Source: Felis catus
Taxonomy: Eukaryota
Direction of reading: 5' to 3'
Length of the DNA: 64,000 nucleotides
Assembly (NCBI RefSeq): GCF_018350175.1
Contig: NC_058373.1
Span: 115,384,001-115,448,000 of the forward strand
Of this stretch, positions 38,520-51,065 are shown piece by piece (the stretch's first letter is position 1; the number at the start of each line of letters is the position of its first letter). The notes beneath the pieces are model-generated. The model worked only from the letters and a program-made list of their open reading frames with translations, did not search any database and was not told the DNA's origin. The position numbers were made by a program, and so were the translations under genes.

Positions 38520-39400
38520 CATTTTATTGTTGAGAAAATAAATACCAATTAAAATTTCTGAACATAAAACCTTAACCAGTACTAAAACACACATGACATA
38601 TATTAGCCTTAATGACAAACGGCTAATATATAAAGAATTCTTACACACCAGAAGGAAGGAGATCCTAGTAGAAAAGCAGACAAGAGATAACCAACCAGCA
38701 GCCACACGGTAGTAACAAATAGCCAGTGAGTGAATATGAGTCCTGTCACTTTCCTTAGTAATGAAAGAAATACACATTTAAAAAAAAATGTCATTTTGCT
38801 TCCCAAATTGTTAAAAATTGGAGAGAAGATGGTAATATTCAGGCTTGAATACTATTAACTATTGAGAATTGCTAAAGGGAAAAAACTACCCCCACTTTGC
38901 AGTTTGGAAAGTAAATTGGCATTGGCAGTTTGTGGGATAGTTTTGCAAAATGGGTCAAAAGTCCTTGGTTGTGGCCACATCTTGTGCCTATACTTCCACT
39001 TCTAGGAATTTATTCTTTTTTTTTTAATTTTTTTTTCAACGTTTATTTATTTTGGGGACAGAGAGAGACAGAGCATGAACGGGGGAGGGGCAGAGAGAGA
39101 GGGTGACACAGAATCGGAAACAGGCTCCAGGCTCTGAGCCATCAGCCCAGAGCCTGACGCGGGGCTCGAACTCACGGACCGCGAGATCGTGACCTGGCTG
39201 AAGTCAGACGCTTAACCGACTGCGCCACCCAGGCGCCCCTAGGAATTTATTCTAAGGAAACAATTAAAAATCTGTGCAAATCCGTAGCCACAAGGAATTT
39301 TATCTAAGTTCTGCTTATAGTAGCAAACATTTGCAAACAATGCAAATATCCAATAATAGAGAATTACGTAAATAAATTACACATAATTTATATGCAATTC
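38520..39400 (+). mobile_element. Highly decayed old L1 (L1ME-like) ORF2 3' region
   Basis: ctaatatataaagaattcttac...ttccacttctaggaatttattctaaggaaacaatt...atatccaataatagagaatt; interrupted by a young SINE. Confidence 0.6.
39017..39239 (-). mobile_element. Young CAN-SINE (SINEC_Fc), CpG-rich and near consensus
   Basis: Perfect TSD taggaatttattct at 39003-39016 and 39240-39253; many CpGs intact. Confidence 0.96.
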
Positions 39401-40098
39401 ACGGCTGCCATACTCTGCATCTAGTAAAATGATGTGTTATAGAGGCTCATTTCATGCAGTGGGTGTATGTGCGTATGGTAGGAACTGCATTAATCAAATA
39501 ATTTAAAATAGAAATATTTTCATTTTGTTCTAAGTAGAAAAGTTACACCTACTTTGTAAGGGAAGAATTCTGATAATGCACAAGGACATAAGGTAAAAAA
39601 GTAGAGCCAATGAAATGGCTTCAAAAATGTTATTGAAGTATAATTGACGTACCATTATCATATTATATTAGTTTCAGGTGTACAACATAATGATTCAACT
39701 TTTGTACACATTGTGAAATGGTCATCTCAATAAGTCTAGTTACCATCCATCCCCATACAAATTTAACATAATATTATTGATGATATTCCTTATGCTCTAC
39801 ATTACATCCTCATGACTTATTTATTTTATAACTGGAAGTTTATACTTCTTGTTCCCTTGATCTATTTCACACCTGCCAACCCCTCTCCCCTTGGAACCAC
39901 AGTCTGTTCTCTGTATCTCAGTTTTGTTTTGTTTGTTTTGCTTTTTAGAGTCTACATATAAACAAAATCATGCCGTGTTTGTCTTTCACTGTCTGACTTA
40001 TTTCACTTAGCATAATACTGTCAAGGTTCATCCATGTTGTCACAAATGGCAAGATTTAATCCTTTTTTATGGCTGAATAGTATTCCATTGTGCACTCG

Positions 40099-40129
<31 letters not shown>

Positions 40130-42208
40130 CCCATGTTTTCTTTATCCATTCATCTGTTGTTGGACCCTTAGATTGTCTTCATATCTTGGCTATTGTAAAT
40201 AATGCTGCAGTGAACATAGGGGTTCTTATATCTTTTTGAATTAATATTTTCATTTTCTTTAGATAATACCCAGAAGTGGAATTATTGGATTATATGGTAG
40301 TTCTATTTTTAATTTTTTTTTTAGGAACCTCCATATTATTTCTATAGTGGTGCACCAATATACATTCCCACCAATAGAGTATAAAGGTTCCCTTTTCTCC
40401 ACCTCCTTGCCACCACTTGTTATTTCTTGTCTTTTTTATACTAGCCATTCTGAATGCTATCTCACCGTGGTTTTGATTTTCATTTTCCTGACAATTAGTG
40501 ATACTGAATATCTTTTCATGTGCCTGTTGGCCATCTGTATGTCTTCTTTGTAAAAATGTGTATTCAGATCCTTTGTTCATTTTTAAATGGGATTGTGTTT
40601 TTTAAGTTGCATGAGTTCTTTATATATTTGGATATTAACCTCTTATTGAATATATAGGTTGCCTTTTCATTTGCTTGATGGTTTCCTTCTTTGTGTAGAA
40701 GCTTTTTAGTTTGATATAGTCCCATTTGTCTATTTTTGCTTTTGTTTCTCTTGCCTTTGGGGTCAGATCCAAAACAAAACAAAAAAACAAAAACAAACCA
40801 ATAAAAAACAAAAAAAAAAAACCCAAAATGAAACATTGCTAAGACTTATGTCGAGGAGCTTATTGCTTATGTTTTCTTCTAGGATTTTTATGGTTTCAGG
40901 TCTCACATTCAAAATTTAACCCATTTTGAGTTTATTTTGGTATATGGTGTAAAATAGTGGTCCAGTTTCATTCTTTTGCATGTGGCTGTCCAATTTTTCC
41001 AATACTATTTATTGAAGACTGTCCTTTCCTCTTTGTATATTCTTGCCTCCTTTGTCATATATGAACTGACCATACAGGCATGGGTTAATTTCTGGGCTCT
41101 CGATTCTGGTCCATTGGTGTATGTGTCTGTTTGAATGCCAATACCATACTGTTTTGATTACTATAGCTTTGTAGTATAGTTTGAAATCTGGAAGCATGGT
41201 ACCTCTGACTTTGTTCTTTCACCAGATTACTTTGGCTATTCAGGGGCTTGTAGGTTCCATACAAATTTTATAGTTATTTCTTCTAGTTCTGTTGAAAATG
41301 CCATTGGAATTTTGAAAGGAATTGCATTGGATCTGTAGATTGCTTTGGGTAGTGTGGACATTTAAGCAATATTAATTCTTACAATCCATGAGCACAAAAT
41401 ATCTTTGCACTTATTTGTGTCTTTCTTAATTTCTTTCTCTAATGTCTTACAGTTTTCAGTGTATAGGTCTTTCACCTCCTTGGTTAAATTTATTTGTAAA
41501 TATATATTCTTTTTGATGCAATTGTAAATAGGATTGTTTTCTTGATTTCTTTTTCTAATATTTTGTTATTACTGCATAGAAACACAACAGATTTTTGTAT
41601 ATTAATCTTGTGTCCTTCAACTTTACAGAACTCGCTTATTCTAACAGCTTTTCGGTGGAAGCTTTAAGGTTTTCTATATATAGTATCATGTCATCTGCAA
41701 ATACTACAAGTTTTACTTCTTTTCCTATTTAAATGGCCTTTCTTTCTTTTCTTTGCCTAATTATTGTGGCTAGGATTTCCAATACTATGTTGAATAAAAA
41801 TGGGGGAAGATAAGGCTCCTTATCTTGCTCCTGATCTTAGAGGAAAAGCTTTTAGCTTTTCATTATTGAGAATAATATTAGCATTGAGTTTGTCATATAT
41901 GGTCTTTATTATGTGGAGGTACATTCACTCTATATCCACTTTGTTGAGAAGTTTTAATCATAAATGGATGTTGAATTTTTTCAAATACCTTTTCTATATC
42001 TGTTAAGATGATTATATCATTTTTATCTTTCATTTTGTTGATGTGCTCTATCACTTTGATTGATTTGTGGATATTGAACTATCCTTGCATCCCTGGAATA
42101 AATCCCACTTGATCAAGGTGTATGATCCTTTAATGTGTTGTTCTCTGGTCCTTTCTAATCTTTGTTGCTTTTGGTATGTATGTATGTATTTTTTCATCTT
42201 TTCTCCCC

Positions 42209-43074
42209 TCAGAGAGTCCCCCTTAAAATTTCTTGCAGGGCTGGTTTAGTGGTCACAAACTCCTTTAATTTGTGTTTGTCTGGGAAACTTTTTATTTTGA
42301 ATGACAGCCTTGCTGGATAAAGAATTCTTGGCTGCATATTTTTCTGATTCAGCACATTGACTATATCCTGCCACTCCTTTCTGGCTTGCCAAGTTTCTGT
42401 AGATAGGTCTGCCGCAAACTTGATCTGTCTTCCCTTGTAGGTCAAGGACTTCTTGTCCCTTGCTGCTTTCATGATTCTCTCCTTGCCTGAGTATTTTGTG
42501 AGTTTGTGTATGATATGCCTTGTTGATGGTCGGTTTTGTTGAATCTAATGGGAGTCCTCTGTGCTTCTGGATTTTGATGTCTGTGTCTCTCCCCAGGTTA
42601 GGAAAGTTTTCTGCTATGATTTGCTCACATAACCCTTCTACCCCTATTTCTCTCTCTTCCTCTTCTGGGACCCCTATGATTCTGATGTTGTTCCTTTTTA
42701 ATGAGTCACTGATTTCTCTAATTCTTAAATCGTGCTCTTTTGCCTTAATCTCCCTCTTCTTCTCTGTTTCATTATTCTCCATTAGTTTGTCGTCTATATC
42801 ACTGATTCTCTGTTCTGTATCATCCATCCTGGCTGCCACAGCATCATTCAAGATTGCAGCTCAGTTATAGTATTTTTTATTTCATCCTGACTGGCTTTTA
42901 CTTCTTTTATCTCTGCAGAAAGCGATTCTAATCCATTTTTGGCTCCAGCTAGTATTCTTATTATCGTGATTCTAAATTCTGGTTCAGACATCTTGGTTGT
43001 ATCTGTGTTGGTTAAGTCCCTGGCTGGCGTTTCTTCCTGCTCTTTCTTTTGGGGGGAATTCTTCATTTTGTCAT
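42209..43074 (-). pseudogene. L1 ORF1p (RNA-binding chaperone) pseudo-ORF with frameshifts
   Basis: Three overlapping frames: KNSPQKKEQE...EFRITIIRILAG (42848-43066), EQRISDIDD...KRNNIRIIGVPEEEE...IIAENFPNLG (42246-42851) and LSTETWQARKEW...PRILYPARLSF...KPALQEILRGTL* (42209-42472). Confidence 0.92.
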
Positions 43075-43372
43075 TTTGAAGGGAGAAAAGGAATTAATGA
43101 GGTAGAAAAAATTAAAATTAAAAAACTATTAAAATTAAAAAATTAAACACACACACATACACAAAATCGAATAAATGATGCTTGATCGTAGGTGTGTTTT
43201 GGTCTGGGTGTTGAAAGTGGCTTGATAGATTAGAGAAAAAAGGGGAAAAAGAGGGAAAAAAGGAAATCGTTTGAAAATTTGAAAAAATGAATACACTGAA
43301 GTAGACTAAAGTGAAATGATGGAAGTAAAATAGAATTTGAAAAAATTTACACAAAAGTAAAAAATATAGTAC

Positions 43373-43591
43373 AGGAGCACCTGGGTGGCTCAGTCGGTTA
43401 AGTGTCTGACTTCAGCTCAGGTCATGATCTCACAGTTTGTGGGTTCGAGCCCCGCATCGGGTTCTGTGCTGACAGCTCAGAGCCTGGAGCCTGTTTCGGA
43501 TTCTGTGTCTTCCTCTCTCTCTGCCCCTCCCCCACTTGCACTCTGTCTCTCTCTCTGTCTCAAAAAGAAATAAACATTAAAAAAAATTTTT
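43373..43591 (+). mobile_element. CAN-SINE (SINEC_Fc-like) inserted in the 5'UTR of the nested L1
   Basis: ggagcacctgggtggctcagtcggttaag...; flanked by aaaatatag(t/c)a repeats. Confidence 0.93.
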
Positions 43592-46440
43592 AAAATATAG
43601 CAGAAAAAAATTAAAAATATTGTCAATGAAAATTGAAAATAAAAATGAATTTTTCTCTTTCTGTATCAAGAAACAGAAAAGAAACGAAAAAGAGAAAAAA
43701 AAGAAAGAAAATTGAATAGTTGGACCAGCTAACAGACTGAAATACTACTAAAATTACTTCGTTTTCCCCTAGAAGTCAAACTAGGAAGCGCTTTATAGTC
43801 CATAAACTAAGCAGCAGTGAGACTTGTGTTCTTGAAGAGTGAGGTTGGCTCAGTTAGGTGGGGGTTAGTGTAATGGCTCTGTTCTGCACTAGATGGGGCT
43901 GCTTAGCTTACTGGGGTGGATTGTTGTGGCACTTGTAGGCGTGTACACACATGCTGGGGAGTGGTGAAAATGGCGTCACCCAGCTACCCAGTCTCTAGTA
44001 TCGGAACTCTATTCTCCCTGATCAGCAGTCATGCACCCGTCCTTCATCTTTGGCTTCTGTCCACTCCCCGCTTCCACACTGTCCGTGGCCGAGCCCCAGG
44101 CAGCGCCTCCCTCCCAAGTTTTGTCTCAGATGCAGCTGCCTTCCCTGGCCCCCCACTTCTGCCCCTCTGCAGAGGGTTTCACGGAGCAGTGACCAGGTGC
44201 TGGCCGCACCCAGGAACGCTTGCAGGACCGTGCTGCTGCCGGTGCTCAGAGATTGTGACCAGGTGCCAGCCTGCCCCAGTAAAACTTCGTGAGACAGTGT
44301 AGCAGCAGCACCTCAGGGATTATGGAAAATCACAACACACATCTGGCACCAGGCTTCGCCCCCAACGACCTTGTTCCAGCACCAGCAAATGTGGCCGTTC
44401 TCTGGGGTCTGCTGGGCCCAGGTGGCCTCACAGCCTCTACCAAGTGTCCTTCTGGCAGTGGAACCACTTCTCCCCATGTGGTCTGAGAACCTCCCGGACC
44501 TCACTCTGCTCCTGGGGATTCGCCCTTCCCACCAGAACACCACCAGGTATTGAGCTACAGAGTTGCAGACTGCGCTCCCCCTGTTTACAGTCTTACTGGA
44601 ATTTAAACCCTCTCCTTTCTCGTTTCTCCCTTTTTAGTCCAGTCCCTGTGGCTGTTTCCAATTTTCCACTTTCTCTCTAGCTGCTTTTGGGGAGGGTGCT
44701 TTTCTCGTATTCTCCCCCCTGCCCTCTGTGTCCATTCTCTCTCCGCACCCAAAAGCGGCTCCCTGCCCTCTGTGGCTTCTCTCTCCCCAAGTTCACCTCT
44801 CCACCCTGCCTACCTGCTGAATTCTGTGGTTCAGGTTGTGCAGATTGTTGTGTTAATCCTCAGGTCAGTTTTCTAGGTGTGCAGGGTGGTTTAGCATTGG
44901 TCCGGCTGTATTTCATGGATGCGAGACACAAAAAACTTCCATGCTGCTCTGCCATCTTGGCTCCTCCCAATCCTTTAATGTATTGTTGAATTTGGTTTCC
45001 CGATACTTTGTTGAGGAGTTTTGCCTCTATGTTCTTCAGGGATATTGGCCTTCACTTTTCTTCTGTTGTTGTCCTTGTCTGGTTTTGGTATCACAGTGAT
45101 GCTGGCCTCATAAAATGAGTTTGAGAGTGTTCCCTCCTCTTCATCTTTTTGGAAGAGTTTAAGAAGGATAGGTATTAAATCTTCTTTGAATGTTTAGTAG
45201 AATTTGTCAGTGGAGCCATCTGGCCCTGGACTTTTGCTTGTTGTGAGGATTTTGCTTACTGATTCAGTATCCTTACTAAGTGATCAGTCTGTTCAGACGT
45301 TCTATTTCTTCTTGATTCAACTTTAGAAGATTGTATAGTTTTTAGGGATTTATCCCTTTCTTCTGGTTTGTTCAATTTGTTGGTTTGCAGTTGTTCATAG
45401 TAGTCTCTTATAATCCTTTGTATTTCTGTGGTATCTGTTGTAACTTCTCTTTCATTTTTTAATTTTATTTATTTGAGTTCTTTCTCTTTTTTTCTTGGTG
45501 AGTCCAGCTGAAGGTTTGTCAATTTTATTTATTTTTTTCAAAGAACCAGTTCTTGGTTTCACTGATCTTATCTATTGTCTTTTTATTCTCTATTCCATTT
45601 ATTTCTGCTCTAATCTTCTTCTGATACCTTTGGGCTTTGTTTGTTCTTCTTTTTCTAGTCATTCAAGTGTAAAGTTAGATTATTCATTTGAGATTTTTCT
45701 TGTTCCTTCAGGTAGACCTGTATTGTTATGAACTTCTCTCTCAGAGCCACTCTAGCTTCATCCATAGATTTTGCTATGTTATTTTTCTGTTTTAATTTGT
45801 ATCTAAGTTTTTTTTTTTCTTCTTTGGTTTTTTTCTGTGACCTGGTAGTTGTTCAGTAGCATGTTGTGTAACCTCCAAGTATTTGTGGTTTTTCCAGTTT
45901 TCCTCTTGTAATTGATTCTTAGTTTCATACCATTGTGGTCAGAAAAGATGCTTGAAATAATTTTAATTTTCTTCTATTTATTGAGATTTGTTTTGTGGCC
46001 TAACATGTGATTTATCCTGTGGAATGTTCTATGTGCACTTGAGAAGAATGTGTATTCTGCTGCTTTTGGATAGACTGTTATGTATATATCTGTGAAGTCC
46101 ATATGGTCTTATATGTCATTTATGACCAGCGTTTCCTTATTAATTTTTTGCCTAGATGATCTGTCCATTGATGTAAGCTGCTATTCTTATATTGCTGTTG
46201 ATTTCCCCCTTTATGTCTCTTAATATTTGCTTTATATATCTTGGTGCTTCTATGTTGGGTACAAAAATATTTATAAATGTTGCATCTTTTTGCTGGGTTA
46301 ATCTCTTTATCATTATGTGATGCCTTTCTTTGACTTTTATTTCAGTGTTTATTTTAAAGTCTTTTGTTGGATCTAAGTATTGCTACACCAGCTTTCTCTT
46401 TGTTTTCATTTGCATGGAAGGTATTTTTCCATCCCTTCAC

Positions 46441-46442
<2 letters not shown>

Positions 46443-46484
<42 letters not shown>
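46443..46484. repeat. (TG)21 microsatellite within L1
   Basis: Read directly. Confidence 0.95.
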
Positions 46485-46487
<3 letters not shown>

Positions 46488-48241
46488 TTACTTCTGAAGT
46501 GAGTCTCTTATATGTAGGCAGCATATAGATGGGTCTTATTGTTGTGTGTTTTTTTAATCCACTCAACCACTCTATGTCTTTTGATTGGAGAATTTAGTTT
46601 ATTTACATTTAAAGTACTTATTGATAAGTATGTAATTATTGCCATTTTGTTAATTGTTTTCTGGCTGTTTTTGTAGTTTCTCTCTGCCCCTTTTCCTCTC
46701 TTCCATTGTGGTATGATGTCTTTAGTATTATGTTTAAATTCCTTTCTCATTTTCTTTTGTGTATAAGTTTTGCTTTGTGGTTACCCCAAGGTTTACATAT
46801 GCATTCTATGTATGTATGTAATAGTCTATTTTAGGCTGATAGCAACTTGAATTTGAATACATTCCAAAACTATATTTTTAGTACACCGTCCCCCAAGGTT
46901 TTACATTTTTGACATTACACTTTACCTTCTTTCATTTTATATATTTTATAACTAATGTAGTTTTAGTTAATTCTGCTACTTTTGCCTTTTAACCTTCATA
47001 CGAGCTTTATTAGTGACTTATCCACTACTTTACTGTATATTTACCTTTTCTAGTGAGACTTTTTACTTTTGCATTTTTTTTGTTGTTAATTAGTGCCATT
47101 TATTTTCAGCTTAGAGAAGTCTCTTTAACATTTCTTACAACGCTGGCTTCATGGTGATGAATTCTTTTAGCTTTTGTTTATCTGGGAAACTTTGTCTCTT
47201 CTTCACTTCTGAAGGATAATCTTGCCAGGTAGAGTATTTGTGGTTGGAAGTTGCTGAAAATCTGCTCATAGCCTTTTGGGGTTTCCTTTGTATATAACAA
47301 GTTGCTTTTCTCTTGCTGCTTTCAAGATTCTCTCTTTAATTTTTGACATTTTAATTATAATGTGCCTTGGCATGTATCTCTTTGGGTTCATTTCATTTGG
47401 AACTCTCTGAGATTCCTTGACCTGGATGTCTCCCCCACCACCCCCCTCCCCCAGGTCAAAAAGTTTTCAGCAAATAAGTTTTCTGCTCTTTTCTTCTTTT
47501 TCTCTTCTTCTGGGACTCCTATAATATGAATGTCATTCTGCCTGATGTTGTCCCATATGTCTCTTAAGTTATCTTCATTTTTAAAATGCTTTTTTCTTTT
47601 TGCTGCTCTGTCTGGATAAGTTCCAATGCTTTGTCTTCCAACTCGCTGATCCATTCTTCTGCTTCATCCAGCCTGCTGTTGAACCCCTGTAGTGTATTTT
47701 TCAGCTCAGTTTTTGTATTCTTTGGCACTGTACTGTGACTTCTGTTTGGCACTTTAAAAATATTTTCTATCTTTGTTAAAGTTCTCACTGGGTTCCTCCA
47801 TTCTTCTCCCAAAGTCAGTGAGCATCTTTATGATCCTTTGAGTTCTTTACCAATTTGAATAATTTGAATACTTAGCTCTGTATAATTACAGAGGTCTTTT
47901 TCTGAGGTTTTGTCTTGTTCTTTCATTTGAAACTTAGTTCTGGTTCCTTATTTTGGTTGACTCTCTGTGTTTGTTTCAAAGCATTAAGCAAAACAGCCAC
48001 CTCTCCCAGTCTTGAGGCAGTGGCCTTGTGTAGATGATGAACCTGATAGTTCAACTTTGCCCGAGTTCTTGGTTGTCTCTTAAACCTTTGTGATTATTTA
48101 AATAGCCTGATTTATTCCTGGTATGCCCCTGTTGCTGAAGGTATGCCAAGACCTGTCAATGTTACGAGGGAAAGAATCTCATTTAGCACCGGTTTCAGGC
48201 TGACTGGAAGCCAGATTCTCAGGTAGCAGCTTTTAAAGAAC

Positions 48242-48248
<7 letters not shown>

Positions 48249-48292
<44 letters not shown>
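48249..48292. repeat. (TG)22 microsatellite within the L1 5' region
   Basis: Read directly. Confidence 0.95.
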
Positions 48293-48293
<1 letters not shown>

Positions 48294-49350
48294 TTCTTGG
48301 GGCTGCAGTCATAATACCTTTCAACCTCCAGGTCAGGATATCTAGAGGTGTTTCCTGGGTGGCAGTTGAAAAAATTGGGGCTCCAGACGAGTGTACAAAC
48401 TTCTTTCTGGGAGGTCTTCTCAAGATGTAGCAAGCCCTAGAGTTTCACAAGAATGGTGTCTCCCTGGTTATGTTTCCTAGGAGTGCCTTAGTAGCCTCTA
48501 GATATATGGGAAACCTGAAGCTTGTCCCTCAGGCTGAAGCTCCAGGATAAGTAAATAGGCCTTTTTCACAGGAAGACTGGGTATGTGTTTCAGTCTGCAG
48601 TCTTTGCAGTCCTGGATAAGGCGTTGGCCTGCCAAGAACTGTCTGAGAATTTATAACTGTCTGTTATAGTCCCTGGGAGCTCAGGAAAGCCAGCCCCCTG
48701 GGCCACTAGGGCCAGGAAAACAAGGGGTATCCCCTGTGTGGTTTGTGTGCACTGGTTTTAGCAGGGCAGCTGGAGAGTGTAGAGGTCAAGGCATGCTCTC
48801 TGACTTCAGAAATGGAGTAGGATAATGCCTCAACTGAGGGCTTCAGCCACGGGACTGGAGAGGGCCTTGTCTGTGCTGGGCATGCTGGCTCCAGATTGGG
48901 TGCTGGAGAAATCCATGACCACTTAACTCCCCAGCCCCAGTTGGGGTATGGGAGAGTGTCACGACCACCTGTGCTGCTGACTTTAGGAAAGGAGTGAGAG
49001 AATGCCATGACTGTTCGTGCTCGTCCACCCCAGCCAGAGAGCAGGGTAGTGCGACACCTGCCTGTGCTCTCTGGCCTCAGCAAGGCAATGGGACAGTGCA
49101 GGCAGGGGGAGGTGCTGTGTCTGCACAGCCATGCCTGCAGTCGCAGGATAGGTGGAGAGTACCCAAATAGCATCTGCTAGCACTTCTGTCTCTAGAGAGA
49201 GCCCCAACTGTCACCTGACCCTCCAGCAGATGCCCCAGACCAGCAAGTGAGTCTCCTTTACATACAGTCGAGGTGCTTTGCAAATTGGTTTTGCACTGGA
49301 TCCTTGGCATGAGTGAGCCTGCACATGGGACTCTTAAAAGGGGAATCTCA

Positions 49351-49809
49351 GGGGCGCCTAGGTGGCTCAGTCGGTTAAGCATCCGACTTCAGCTCAGGTC
49401 ACGATCTTGCAGTCCGTGAGTTCGAGCCCCGTGTCGGGCTCTGGGCTGATGGCTCAGATTCTGGAGCCTGCTTCTGATTCTGTGTCTCCCTCTCTCTCTG
49501 CCCCTCCCCCGTTCATGCTCTCTCTCTGTCTCAAAAATAAATAAACGTTGGGGCGCCTGGGTGGCTCAGTCGGTTAAGCGTCCGACTTCAGCCAGGTCAC
49601 GATCTCACGGTCCGTGAGTTCGAGCCCCGCATCGGGCTCTGGGCTGATGGCTCAGATCCTGGAGCCTGCTTCCGATTCTGTGCCTCCCTCTCTCTCTGCC
49701 CCTCCCCCGTTCATGCTCTGTCTCTCTCTGTCTCAAAAATACATAAACGTTAAAAAAAAAATTAAAAAAATAAATAAATAAATAAACGTTAAAAAAAAAA
49801 TTTAAAAAA
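49351..49809 (+). mobile_element. Two young SINEC_Fc copies; the second (49550-49775) is inserted in the A tail of the first
   Basis: Outer TSD aaaaggggaatctcag at 49336-49351 and 49810-49825; inner TSD aaataaataaacgtt at 49535-49549 and 49776-49790. Confidence 0.93.
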
Positions 49810-49975
49810 AAAAGGGGAATCTCAGTTTCCGATAGCATTTTGGGTACCTTGGGTATCAGCCCCTTGGTTTTCTAAGACAGTTGTTTTGGGGGGCTCATCT
49901 CTTTTGTAGATCCCAGGGTTCTCAGAGAAATGCTGAGATGTCTCTGCCTCTCCAACCCATTTGGATGTGGTTCTT

Positions 49976-50031
49976 GTTTTTGTTTTTTTTTCAATGTTTA
50001 TTTTTGAGAAAGAGCGTGCTAGCGGGGAAAG

Positions 50032-50067
<36 letters not shown>

Positions 50068-50194
50068 CAGAAGATCTGAAGTGGGCTTCGTACTGACAGC
50101 AGAGAGGCTGACATGGGGCTCAAACTCACGAACTATGAGATCAGGACCTGGGCTGAAGTCGGACGCTCAACCGACGGAGCCAGCCAGGCGCCCC
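49976..50194 (-). mobile_element. CAN-SINE
   Basis: Degenerate TSD gatgtggt(t/c)ctt on both sides; (GA)n tract. Confidence 0.9.
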
Positions 50195-50473
50195 TTGATG
50201 TGGTCCTTTTATCCTTTGTTGTAGAGGAGCAGTTCATCTAGTTTTCAGGTCTTTTTCAGAGAACAACGATCCGTTTGCAGCTAGAGATCCATACGTGCCA
50301 TGACAGGAGGTCATGGTGAGTTCAGGTTCTTCCTACACCACCATCTCAGACACCTCCTGTCTACCTCATTGTTAATGGCTGCATTGCATTCCATCGTATG
50401 ACTGTACCATGAATCCTGGAAATTCAGGGATTCAATTTCCAGAAGCTAAATATTGGGTCAAAAGGACATGGAT

Positions 50474-50682
50474 TAAAAAAAATTTTTTTTAATGTTTATT
50501 TTTGAGAGAGAGAGAGAGACATGAGCAGGGGAGGAGCAGAGCAAGAGGGAGACACAGAATCCAAAGCAGGCTCCAGGCGTTGAGCTGTCAGCCCAGAGCC
50601 CGACGTGGGGCTCGAACCCACAAACTGCGAGATCATGACCTGAACTGAAGCCAGTTAACTGACCGAGCCACCCAGGCACCCT
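50474..50682 (-). mobile_element. CAN-SINE (SINEC_Fc-like)
   Basis: Flanked by aaggacatg repeats; typical architecture. Confidence 0.92.
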
Positions 50683-50872
50683 GGAAGGACATGCACTTTT
50701 TAAGGCATCTGATACATACGACCAGATTGCCTTCCATAGTGCTGAGCACGGTGTGGTTGATTTGTGGTTGTTATCAAATATATTCCCAAGCCATTTAAAT
50801 TTTTTTGTGTAGATGGACTTGTAGTTCTAAGAATATTATGGAATATAAAACACCATTTGTAATGTTATTTCT

Positions 50873-51065
50873 TTTTTTAAATGTTTTTATTTATTTAAAG
50901 AGGGGTAGGAGCAGAGATAGAGAGAGAGGGGTGGAGAATCCCAAGTAGGCTCCACGTTGTCAGCACAGAGCCTGACGCAGGGCTGAGTCTCATGAACAGT
51001 GAGATCATGACCAGAGCCGAAATCATGAGTCAGGCGCCTAACCCACTGAGCCACCCTGGCGCCCC
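50873..51065 (-). mobile_element. CAN-SINE
   Basis: Perfect TSD tgtaatgttatttct at 50858-50872 and 51066-51080. Confidence 0.92.

Larger units (their letters stand above)
42143..44969 (-). mobile_element. Younger feline-type L1 with 5'UTR + ORF1 only (3'-truncated), inserted in ORF2 of the host L1
   Basis: Minus strand begins GGGAGGAGCCAAGATGGC and ends about 65 bp after the ORF1 stop. 18-bp TSD atcctttaatgt(g/a)ttgtt at 42125-42142 and 44970-44987. Host ORF2 resumes on both sides. Confidence 0.9.
39625..50357 (-). mobile_element. Near-full-length decayed L1 (L1MA9/carnivore-type), antisense to SMOC1, hosting a nested L1 and SINEs
   Basis: 3'UTR from 39625 (ttattgaagtataattgac). ORF2 remnants: [13 protein letters not shown] at 40635-40826, [20 protein letters not shown] at 41009-41197 and EN-like KGWKNTFHAN..KAGVAIL at 46354-46566. 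ORF1 remnants at 47388-47812. 5' terminus ggtgagttcaggttcttcctacaccaccatct at about 50316-50346. Confidence 0.9.

Noticed and set aside
40770..40835. A-rich tract with AATAAA on the sense strand inside the L1
   Set aside because: Most simply an expanded A run within the antisense L1. Any 3'-end reads here would be confounded by oligo-dT internal priming.
49351..49430. tRNA-like A/B boxes (tggctcagtcgg, gttcgagcc)
   Set aside because: These are tRNA-derived heads of CAN-SINEs, not tRNA genes.
39625..50357. Possible active L1
   Set aside because: ORF1 and ORF2 are broken by many stops, frameshifts, microsatellites and nested insertions.
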